Positions 48,570 through 59,649 of a stretch of 64,000 nt of DNA are shown here, in pieces. The notes below the pieces were generated by a model that was not told where the DNA came from, ran no database searches, and was given only the letters and a program-made list of their open reading frames with translations. Source of the DNA: Octopus sinensis (lineage: Eukaryota); assembly GCF_006345805.1 (NCBI RefSeq), contig NC_043011.1:35042464-35106463 (forward strand). Reading direction: 5' to 3'. The translations under genes were made by a program, and so were the position numbers. Numbering within the stretch: the stretch's first letter is position 1; each line of letters starts with the position of its first letter.

Positions 48570-51500
48570 TAAATATAAAATAAATATAAGAGAGTGGTCA
48601 CTATATTGCTCACTCTAGCACCAGTTAATCCAAAAGTTTCAACCACGAAAATACATGTTTCCCATGAAAGCCAGTACGACTGTTAGCTCACACGGACAGG
48701 GCAAGTAAAAAATAACAAAAATACAGATTATTTTGGGACAATTGTTTCGCTATTAATGAATTAAATGTAATATTACTTACAAAAAAATCCATTGTAGCTC
48801 GTCAGCCAAGACTATCTGGATGAAATCCACTCAATCACACGCCAGATTTTACCATAACGATAAATACGCGTGTGGTTCAATTGATTACATCCGACGTTAT
48901 AATTCAAATGCCCCAACCAACAGCGCGCCAAACTTTCACGGAAAACAAATACAGCATTTAGAAATAAATGCAGCATAATTATAATTAATTAATAAGGGTG
49001 AGAGAATTAGATACTAATTTAATAGTATATTTATTCAACACCAAGTGGCCTAGTGCTACGAGAAACCTGGATTATTATAATATTTTATAACATATTATAA
49101 TATTTTTACAAAATAAATATAAGAGAGTGGTCACTATATTGCTCACTCTAGCACCAGTTAATCCAAAAGTTTCAACCACGAAAATACATGTTTCCCATGA
49201 AAGCCAGTACGACTGTTAGCTCACACGGACAGGGCAAGTAAAAAATAACAAAAATACAGATTATTTTGGGACAATTGTTCGCTATTAATGAATTAAATGT
49301 AATTACTACTTACAAAAAAATCCATTTGTAGCTCGTCAGCCAAGACTATCTGGATGAAATCCACTCAATCACACGCCAGATTTTACCATAACGATAAATA
49401 CGCGTGTGGTTCAATTGATTACATCCGACGTTATAATTCAAATGCCCCAACCAACAGCGCGCCAAACTTCACGGAAAACAAATACAGCATTTAGAAATAA
49501 ATGCAGCATAATATAATAATTAATAAGGGTAGAGAATTAGATACTAATTTATAGTATATTTATTCAACACCAAGTGGCCTAGTGCTACGAGAAACCTGGA
49601 TTATTATAATATTTTATACATATTATAAAATTTTTACAAAATAAATATAAGAGAGTGGTCACTATATTGCTCACTCTAGCACCAGTTAATCCAAAAGGTT
49701 TCAACCACGAAAATACATGTTTCCCATGAAAGCCAGTACGACTGTTAGCTCACACGGACAGGCAAGTAAAAAATAACAAAAATACAGATTATTTTGGGAC
49801 AATTGTTTCGCTATTAATGAATTAAATGTAATATTACTTACAAAAAAATCCATTTGTAGCTCGTCAGCCAAGACTATCTGGATGAAATCCACTCAATCAC
49901 ACGCCAGATTTTACCATAACGATAAATACGCGTGTGGTTCAATTGATTACATCCGACGTTATAATTCAAATGCCCCAACCAACAGCGCGCCAAACTTTCA
50001 CGGAAAACAAATACAGCATTTAGAAATAAATGCACATAATTATAATTATTAATAAGGGTGAGAGAATTAGATACTAATTAATAGTATATTTATTCAACAC
50101 CAAGTGGCCTAGTGCTACGAGAAACCTGGATTATTATAATATTTTATAACATATTATAATATTTTTACAAAATAAATATAAGAGAGTGGTCACTATATTG
50201 CTCACTCTAGCACCAGTTAATCCAAAAGGTTTCAACCACGAAAATACATGTTTCCATGAAAGCCAGTACGACTGTTAGCTCACACGGACAGGGCAAGTAA
50301 AAAATAACAAAAATACAGATTATTTTGGGACAATTGTTTCGCTATTAATGAATAAATGTAATATTACTTACAAAAAAATCCATTTGTAGCTCGTCAGCCA
50401 AGACTATCTGGATGAAATCCACTCAATCACACGCCAGATTTTACCATAACGATAAATACGCGTGTGGTTCAATTGATTACATCCGACGTTATTTCAATTG
50501 GCTGACGAGCTACAATGGATTTTTTTGTAAGTAATATTACATTTAATTCATTAATAGCGAAACAATTGTCCCAAAATAATCTGTATTTTGTTATTTTTAC
50601 TTGCCCTGTCCGTGTGAGCTAACAGTCGTACTGGCTTTCATGGGAAACATGTATTTTCGTGGTTGAAACCTTTTGGATAACTGGTGCTAGAGTGAGCAAT
50701 ATAGTGACCACTCTCTTATATTTTATTTGTAAAAATATTATAATATGTTATAAAATATATAATAATCCAGGTTTCTCGTAGCACTAGGCCACTTGGTGTT
50801 GAATAAATATACTATTAAATTAGTATCTAATTCTCTCACCCTTATTATTAATTATAATTATGCTGCATTTATTTCTAAATGCTGTATTTGTTTTCCGTGA
50901 AAGTTTGGCGCGCTGTTGGTTGGGGCATTGAATTATAACGTCGGATGTAATCAATTGAACCACACGCGTATTTATCGTTATGGTTAAATCTGGCGTGTGA
51001 TTGAGTGGATTTCATCCAGATAGTCTTGGCTGACGACTACAAATGGATTTTTTTGTAAGTAATTACATTTAATTCATTAATAGCGAAACAATTGTCCCAA
51101 AATAATCTGTATTTTGTTATTTTTACTTGCCCTGTCCGTGTGAGCTAACAGTCGTACTGGCTTTCATGGGAAACATGTATTTTCGTGGTTGAAACCTTTT
51201 GGATTAACTGGTGCTAGAGTGAGCAATATAGTGACCACTCTCTTATATTTATTTTGTAAAAATATTATAATATGTTATAAAATATTATAATAATCCAGGT
51301 TTCTCGTAGCACTAGGCCACTTGGTGTTGAATAAATATACTATTAAATTAGTATCTAATTCTCTCACCCTTATTATTAATTATAATTATGCTGCATTTAT
51401 TTCTAAATGCTGTATTTGTTTTCCGTGAAAGTTTGGCGCGCTGTTGTTGGGGCATTTGAATTATAACGTCGGATGTAATCAATTGAACCACACGCGTATT

Positions 51501-51910
51501 TATCGTTATGGTAAAATCTGGCGTGTGATTGATGGATTTCATCCAGATAGTCTTGGCTGACGAGCTACAAATGGATTTTTTTGTAAGTAAATTACATTTA
51601 ATTCATTAATAGCGAAACAATTGTCCCAAAATAATCTGTATTTTGTTATTTTTTACTTGCCCTGTCCGTGTGAGCTAACAGTCGTACTGGCTTTCATGGA
51701 AACATGTATTTTCGTGGTTGAAACCTTTTGGATTAACTGGTGCTAGAGTGGCCAATATAGTGACCATCTCTTATATTTATTTTGTAAATATTATAATATG
51801 TTATAAAATATTATAATAATCCAGGTTTCTCGTAGCACTAGGCCACTTGGTGTTGAATAAATATACTATTAAATTAGTATCTAATTCTCTCACCCTTATT
51901 AATTAATTAT
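48570..51910. repeat. Tandem array of about 530-bp hammerhead-containing units with a central inversion; retrozyme-like
   Basis: About 3.6 units in one orientation (48570-50493) and about 2.7 in the other (50497-51910); (TA)n on both sides. Confidence 0.92.
50498..50574 (+). ncRNA. Type I hammerhead ribozyme (array 2; + copies also at 51026 and 51553; - copies at 48733, 49266, 49794, 50325)
   Basis: Stem I TTGG/CCAA, core CTGACGA (50502-50508), stem II GCTA/TAGC, GAAA (50559-50562), palindromic stem III ACAATTGT, GUC cleavage after 50570. Confidence 0.92.
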
Positions 51911-51914
51911 ATAT

Positions 51915-51954
<40 letters not shown>

Positions 51955-52124
51955 ATATATATATATATACATACAATAAGAGGGATGACCACTAAATGGA
52001 CATCCATTATGCTAGAAGTAGACCCTCTACGGTCTACCACTAAGAAAGGATTGTTCTCAAGAATATTTAGCAAACGCCAGAACGTAAGCGACCAAGACAA
52101 ATGAAAAGATACAAAATTAAAGAT

Positions 52125-52200
52125 TAATCACAAACCCAGTTTCGTTGTTACCCCTTAGGTTATTACTTACATAATTGTCCGCAACTCATCAGTGCGATCA
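52125..52200 (-). ncRNA. Type I hammerhead ribozyme in a monomeric element of about 350 bp (about 51966-52320)
   Basis: Stem I TGATCGCA/TGTGATTA, CTGATGA, stem II GTTG/CAAC, GAAA, stem III ACT-G-GGT, GUU triplet (suboptimal). Confidence 0.75.
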
Positions 52201-52318
52201 TCATAGTAAAATATAATTTGAAGAACTATACAGGAGACGTCCGCATGAGATTGAACATGTGTACAGTTCTACCAATTACATTTGGGTCTATCTTTCAAAA
52301 GTCTTCGTTGTGACGCGC

Positions 52319-52377
<59 letters not shown>

Positions 52378-52966
52378 AAACAGCCCTCACCGTTTGTTTT
52401 TAATGTTTTGTTCTTACTGTACTGTTTTTGTTACCACTTTAACCCTCCGCAAAAAGTCCCAAATTTTATTTAATTTACTTTGTGGGAAGGACTGTTTTAA
52501 CGAAGTCGCGTCTTGTCCCTACCTTCGAACGCTGAGTAGACAAAACAGGTGACAACTGATGAAGTGAATGTTCTTTCTGTTGCCTGTCTCGTTTCTCTAT
52601 TTGTTTCCTTCCTTGTTCGAAAAAAGTTCGTTTTCTCTACTTTTGTTTTTTATGTTCTCGTTTCTCATTTTGTTGACGTTTTTTGATGTCCTGTACCCAT
52701 ATATTCATCTATATATACATATATATGTAGGTATGTACATATATGTATATATACATATATTTATATATTATTTATGTTATTATATATGTATATAATATAT
52801 ATATATATATACTCACAAACACGCACAATATATATATATATAGTCACAATGGGGATATTCAAACCTCTTTTGGGGATATTATTCCAAGATACACTGGTTT
52901 AATAAATTAAATTTTGGAGCAATAATTATTCAGTGAATATATTTAGTAGATTACCGTAAAATATCA

Positions 52967-53330
52967 AACATTTCTAACGAGTTAAAAAAACAGAGAGATC
53001 TAATGGATACAAATTTATTAATTAATCAGCATATTCACCAACAATTGTTTCATTTGACAAACAAAATTAAAATTACAAAACATATATAAATATATAATCT
53101 TAAATACCTTGTATGGAAAATGTATATGAATATATGATTTTGCATTTTAAATACATCCTGATAATTTTCCATACAAGGTATTTAAAATGGAAAATTATAT
53201 ATCTAAATACATTTTGTAATTTTAATTTTGTTTGTAAAATGAAACAATTGTTGGTAAATATGTTGATTAATTAATAAATTAATTTGAATCCATTAGATCT
53301 CTCTGTTTTCTAACTCGATAGAAATGTTAT
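52967..53330. mobile_element. Foldback/MITE-like long palindrome
   Basis: aacatttctaacgagtt...gagagatctaatgga...aaattacaaaa is mirrored by ttttgtaatttt...tccattagatctctc...aactcgatagaaatgtt, with an inner aaataccttgtatggaaaat / attttccatacaaggtattt pair. Confidence 0.8.
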
Positions 53331-53394
53331 ACATACATACATACATACATACATACATACATACATACATGCATGCATGCAAGCATGCATATAT

Positions 53395-54384
53395 ATATTT
53401 ACCCGGTAATTCCCAGGGGTAAATATGTTCTATTGAAACGCATTATTACTTTGATAAAAGAAAGCAATTTCATTATAACTGCCGCAAAAGGTGTATTTTC
53501 CGTCACTGAAAAGTACAAAAAACTGTCAGCTGGAGGAGGGAGAGATTGTTGGAGCTTGGCGAGAGAAGTTTCGGGAGCTTGGCGAGAAAGATTGTCGGAG
53601 GTTGGTTGAGAGCGGTTATATAAATATATGAATGAAGTGTTTGAAGAACGTGCAATAATAACGTTCACATTCACTGATGGTCGCTCTCAGTAACTGCCTT
53701 TAGCTTACGGAGTTTTTGTTTCTATAATTATTGAAAAGCAGCTTGAAGGATAGACATATTGTTGAGAACAAGTGATTTCGCTGGAGGTCTGTTATCTTCA
53801 ATCCAGCCAGTGGTGGTCTAGAAGAGGTTAGAAGGGTCAAGCGGCAAAGACATTATTCTGCTTAGCGAAAGCATCTGGGAAATGTATAATTGCTGTCATC
53901 ACAAAAACTATTGTAGTAGATAGAAGGATCCATTGGAGGAGCCCTATTATCGATTTTTTTTAACAATCTAAGTATGTCACGAGGTTTCCAGACATGAGTT
54001 TTATTCACGTGTCAAATAAAGTGATATTGTCTGCAAAAATTAGAAATTAGCCACACAAAAAATCTATATTCAGAGTAATCAAACATAAACAATGAAATGG
54101 AGTATTTCCCTTGAGTATTTAAAAAAAAATATATTGTGCAGATGCTATGGGTTATTTTCCTTGGGTGATTGATTAAAAAAAATTAGTTATATGAGGTAAA
54201 TATTAAGGTCCCGCCCAGGGGCGGTATTATCGATATTTTCAACAATCTAAGTATGTCACGATTTTTCCAGTCATGAGTTCTACTCACGTGTCAAGTTTCA
54301 TAAAAATCAATAAAACGATGTAGGAGGAGTTACATAACAATGCCACAAAGAAACACTCACCGATTTTCCACATATGTAGTAGAT
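53395..54384 (-). mobile_element. Probable non-autonomous Helitron-like element
   Basis: Minus strand starts A|TCTACTACATATGTGG; tttaccc...gggtaaa hairpin at the other end; internal direct repeat of about 65 bp (53945 and 54224). No CTAG seen. Confidence 0.4.
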
Positions 54385-54611
54385 ATATACGAGATGCGTT
54401 CCAGAAGATTTGAGACGTGTTTAGGAGAGACAGCTAAAACTGTCCTAGATTATTATAATTTTATCATATCATGAGCTTTTTAACCCGATTTCATTCAGGT
54501 CTATTCTCGAACCACCACATTTTAAAAAAAGGTAAATTTCAGGACTTTATTTCGTTTGGCATATCGTATAACTATACTAAAAATGCATGAAAAATAAGGC
54601 CTTAAGTTAAT

Positions 54612-54915
54612 ATGCTTGTTGTTGTTGTTCCTTCTCGAGCCACGCTTGGCTCATAGGGCCGGTTTCCCGGTTTCCTTAGCGTACAGGTTCCCCACCTGGA
54701 CGGGATGCCGGTCCATCGTAGGTGAGCTGCAATATGTAGGAGGAAAGAGTGAGAGAAAGTTGTGGCGAAAGAGTCAGCAGAAGTTCGCCATTACCTTCTG
54801 CCGGAGCCGCGTGGAGCTTAGGTGTTTCGCTCATAAACACACATCGCCTGGTCTGAGATTCCAACCCGCGATTCCTCGACCGCGATTCCGCTGCTCTAAC
54901 CACTAGGCCATGTGT
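54612..54915 (-). mobile_element. tRNA(Arg)-like headed SINE with an RTE-like (AAC)n tail
   Basis: Same head family as 8040-8422; tail ggaaaccgggaaaccggcc...ctcgagaaggaacaacaacaa. Confidence 0.75.
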
Positions 54916-56349
54916 CTCCACCGAGTTAATAAGCTTAACAACTAACAAAAACGTGAAGTGTTAACCAAAACGTGAAAAGATAATAAAACGAAGAAATATA
55001 GCTCATTGAAAAATTAATTTTCAAAGAATTAGTAAACCATTGTAATTTTTTTGAAGAAATCGAGAGGCATTTATTTCTATGACCGTTGATTGAAGATGCC
55101 TAAGTAGCAATGGAATAGAAGTAATTCAGCTTTAATAATGGACCAATCTATCCATGCTAGTAAGGATAAAATAAAAATGCTGTATGATACTATTGACGCG
55201 TCATTGATTAAAAAGTCGATAAGCCTTCTCGGCGAAACGCGTAAAAAATCACGCCTACCGTCTCGTGCCACTAAATCAAGAAAATAAAATAAAAAATAAC
55301 CGTAAACTTGATTATTTTTGTACTTATCGGCGGAATTTTTGAACGAATCAACATCCAAAAAATATTTCTACAAGGTGGTATAATTTTTATGCAGAACAAA
55401 TCGAAGATGCAAGCAACAAAAAAAGCAAATGGTAATACGACTAAAAATATAACTTTTTTTTTCACTTCATAAAATCTTTTCTTTTAAACAACAATTTCCA
55501 CAAAAAATTGACGAACTATTAAACAGAAGAGCCCGTAGATTATGCAAGTGTGCTTTTTATTAAAATCGCCCACAAAACATGACCTCCACAGCTTGCAGAA
55601 TCGATCGAAAATGGGTTTTGTTGTCCTAGTAACCACAGCTTTGGAGATGGAGATTTCTAACCTAGTCCAGTCGCTTCCTCGCCTCATTTTACATGTCCCT
55701 GTAAATTTTCGCCACAATCCGAGCACGCCTACTGTCATTGAATCCTGCATAACCACCAAATGAGACAAGCAAACATACAACTTTCAGCCATTTCACTTTT
55801 ATATAGAGAGACTACTAAACACGTTATAAGCTGACCTACCAATTTCTGTTTCAGCATATGCACAAGCACAATTTTAATCGTAATATCCAGATCCACGCTC
55901 TTACCGTAAGATAATCCTTGACTATAAACTTTTTACTTGGACCCTAAACATTATATTTAACTATTAACTCCCAAGCCTAACCCCTAAACTTTATCCTTAT
56001 CTATTAATCTACCTCTAGCCAGCCTCTTCAATATTATCCTTAATTATTAACCTCTAAACTGGACTCTAAAACTTTATCCTTAACTACTAACCTGTAAATT
56101 ACACCTTTAAACTTTCCTGGACCCTACATTTTATCTTGGACTATTAATCTCTAAACCTAACCCAAAATATTATCCTTGACTATTAGCTTCCAAATTGGAC
56201 CCTAAACTTTATCGTTGATTGTTAGCCTTTCACCTGGACCCTGAACTTTATCGTAAACTACTAATCTCTAAATCTGACCCTAAATGTCATCCTTGATTAT
56301 TAACTTCTAAACTCGACCCTAAACAGTTGTTGCATATACACAAATGTGT

Positions 56350-57420
56350 GTGTGTATGCCTATCTCCTCACAGGCACCCATCATCGATCCTATCATACCA
56401 CTGACTCCACCTGCACTTCTAGCAACGTCATCAACTGCATCTCCTGCACTCTCTGTCCTTCTTTATACATCAGTCAAACGGGACGCCGCTTGGTTGACCG
56501 GTTCGCGGAACACCTCCGAGACATCCGACTTGGTAACGACACCCCGGTCTCGCGCCATTCCCGCTCTACCGGTCACTCTTTACAACACCTATCTGTGTTC
56601 GGATTGTCCTTGCACAAGGGCCATCTGGACTTCTTCGTCGTGAGCAGGGATTAATTTTCTCTCGTTGCTCCTTTGTGCCACATGGGCTCAACTCTCTTCC
56701 CCTCTTCATCTAATCCTCCTCCTCTCTTCTCTCTTCCTCTCACACCTACTTCCTCCCACCCACTTCTCCTCTCTTGCTCTGGTACCTACTTCCTCTCGTC
56801 ACTTCTACCTACCTTCTCCCTTCCACCCTCTCCCTTCATCATCACCTTCTCCCTCGTTACCCCACATTCCAATCCACCATCCCTCTACATCCCATCCCCC
56901 ATCCCATCCCTTAGACCCCCACATTTGCTTCCCCCATTCTCGCATCACCCAGACCTCAACACCACCACACAACACCACATCACAACACCCAGCACACACT
57001 AGCACTGACCATTTCCCAGCACCCACGCCAGCGCACACACTAGCACTGACCACTTCCCAGCATCTACACCATCATCCACACACCTATACATGCACACACG
57101 CACACGTCAATGTCACCAGCCCCCATCCACACGCACATACACGCTCTCACATACACACACACGCGCAACTTTATTTTGGGATCACCACTACTTTATTATC
57201 TCCACTTCTTCATAGCTCTCCTGTGTGATCCCTCTGCCCGGCATTCACCATGATAGATCACTTTTTCTATTTTCTGTCCCTGTTTATTTCAGTGTTCTTT
57301 TCTGTGGAAGAGCGTAGGCTCGAAGCATAAAAACTTTCTCACTTCCCGAGCGTTAAACTAATACATCTGTTTGTTGTTTACACACCCGTCGTCTTTTGTT
57401 TTTTTGTTAATTCCCACTAT
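56350..57420 (+). mobile_element. Penelope-like retroelement 3' remnant (GIY-YIG endonuclease plus 3' repeat with minimal hammerhead)
   Basis: CTSSNVINCISCTLCPSLYISQTGRRLVDRFAEH (decayed VIY..YIG-QT-R-EH motif), C-terminal PHGLN-like end, hammerhead-like motif at 57297-57333. Confidence 0.8.
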
Positions 57421-57855
57421 ATATATATATATATATATATTTAAGCTTATAACAGATAACGGTGAAATTTCCCTGTGGTGAATTCATAACGGTGAACTTA
57501 CCGTGCGGTGAATTGATAACTGTGAACTTGCCCTGTGGTGAACTAATGACGATAAACTTTCCCAGCGGTGAATTGATGACGGTGAACTTTACATGCAATG
57601 AATTGATAACCATGAACTTACCAGATATGATAATCTCGTCATGGTTGACTCCACCGAGTATTCTGACCAACTACGCGTATTAACTTGTAAGTGATTTATG
57701 GTTAACACAGAAAACTATGATTAAGGTTAATGATGACTTAAATTTTAATGTTGAAGTGAATCTAACGGTTTTTGTGTGTTTCTTAAATGGCTCATAAACA
57801 AACACCTTCCACGCTACAATTGTTATATAATATATATATATATAATATATATATC

Positions 57856-57899
<44 letters not shown>

Positions 57900-57943
57900 A
57901 TATATATATATATATATTATATATATACACGCGCGCGCACACA

Positions 57944-59163
57944 CAGAGATGACAGAAGTAAATAGACACTCAATAAACTCTGTGTTCTATGCTTATTTTA
58001 ACTTGAAATGATTTGTATTTTTATTAATTGACATTTTTATGCTTCTGGTTCTACACGTGACTATTCAATCATGTCATGTACAAAATAAACCTTCTTACTG
58101 TCTGAATTTCAAAGAGGCCGTATTGTGGGGCAATCTAAAAGTGAACTTAGTGTAAAACTGCAGAAAACCTAGGGATCCTGTTTTCTACAGCTAATAGAGT
58201 GATTCCCACCAGAGATGGGAAAGAATCCACATCACCTCATCCAGATCAATAGGGGCCCTCTGACAGGATCCTTCTCTTTGTTAAGAGAAGTGTGGAGGAT
58301 AATCCTCGTTGCAAGTCCTCTGACATAGTAGAACAATTTGATGTCAGTCCCAGAAGAGCTGTCGGGTATCTCCACAAACTTGGTTACTATGGCAGAGCAG
58401 GAAGAAGGAAGCCACTTCTTCGACCAGCCAACATCAGGCGGAGAAAAGATTGGACCAGTGAGTTGATGGAGAGGCCACTAGCATTTTGGGCCACTATCAT
58501 ATTCCCTGATGTATTTTCTGACAGTGGTCGAGTGTGGGTCTGGAGACTCTGTGATCAAGAATTCGACATGAAAAGATTTCTGCCAACAATGAAACAGGCC
58601 TGCTATTTTGTGATTGTCTGGGGAGCAATTTGGAGCAATGGTCAGTCAGGGTTGGTAGAGTGTGATGGAAACATAAACCCAGATAAATATGTGTCCATAT
58701 TGCAGAAAGGACTCCTTTCAATCTTCTCCAATGGCGAAAGGATTAAAGAAGACTATTTATGGAAGATGGGAATCCTTGTCACACAGCTAAAACGACCCAA
58801 GATAGGTTGGAAAAGAATCGTATCAAAAAGTTTCTATGGCGAGACCAGTCACCAGATATGAACCCTATTGAACACGACTGGGACATAATGGACAGGACAC
58901 TTCATAAAAAGAACAAGAACGCATCCTCAAAGCCGGATCTTTTGAGATTACTACATGAAACTTGGTAAGAAATTCCTCAAGAGAATATTCATCTGATCAG
59001 GAGCATGTTTTATAGCATCCTTGAATTGAAAAATGCAAAGGGCACGTCTACTAAATAATAAGTATTGACATTATAATAAATATTAACTAATTTGAATGTA
59101 TAATTTCAGATTTAAATACATTTTAATGATCATAAGGGTGTCTATTTACTTCTGTTATGTCTG
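57944..59163 (+). mobile_element. Tc1-family transposon, near full length, frameshifted
   Basis: TIRs cagagatgacagaagtaaatagacac / gtgtctatttacttctgttatgtctg; transposase motifs LSEFQRGRIVG, VWGAIW, EDGNPCH, QSPDMNPIEHDW. Confidence 0.9.
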
Positions 59164-59361
59164 CGTATATATATAATTAAATCAAAGATACAAAATCCTC
59201 TTAATCTAATTTAATTTCTCATATTGAATTAATTTGGCATGGAAACAATTGTAGGTGGTGTGAGTTTGTGTGTTTAGAATTGAATATGTTCTAATAAATT
59301 GATGTCTATATCTTAATGTCTCCGTTTTCTTTTTCTTACATACATACATACATACATACAC

Positions 59362-59424
<63 letters not shown>

Positions 59425-59649
59425 ACACACACACACCACACACACACACACACATATATATACAGTATCAACGGCTACTTCAAACTATTGTAAATTTCTA
59501 CTAATTGCCAACTTATAAGTGGATGTTTCGCATTGTGTTTATTACAGATGAAACATTGGCCCTGTTGGAGCCATTTCCATACCTAACCATTATATTTTGC
59601 AGTAGGGGATATGAATGAGAAGAGAAGATGCGAGACGACCACCCAAAAA

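Noticed and set aside
48767-48776. TAATATTAC (geminivirus-type origin nonamer) in family 2 units
   Set aside because: No GC-rich origin stem around it and no Rep of that type nearby; it lies in the AT-rich stem II insert of the hammerhead and is easily a chance palindrome.
38500-51100. Single-base differences in some ribozyme cores (GAA for GAAA at about 38553 and 49278; missing G at about 51037)
   Set aside because: Scattered single-base indels throughout the arrays look like unpolished long-read errors, so they are not treated as real inactivating variants.
37813-51910. Arrays as CRISPR or as coding repeats (short minus-strand ORFs at 40057 and 40541)
   Set aside because: Units are identical repeats without unique spacers, and the ORFs are short and broken by indels between units.
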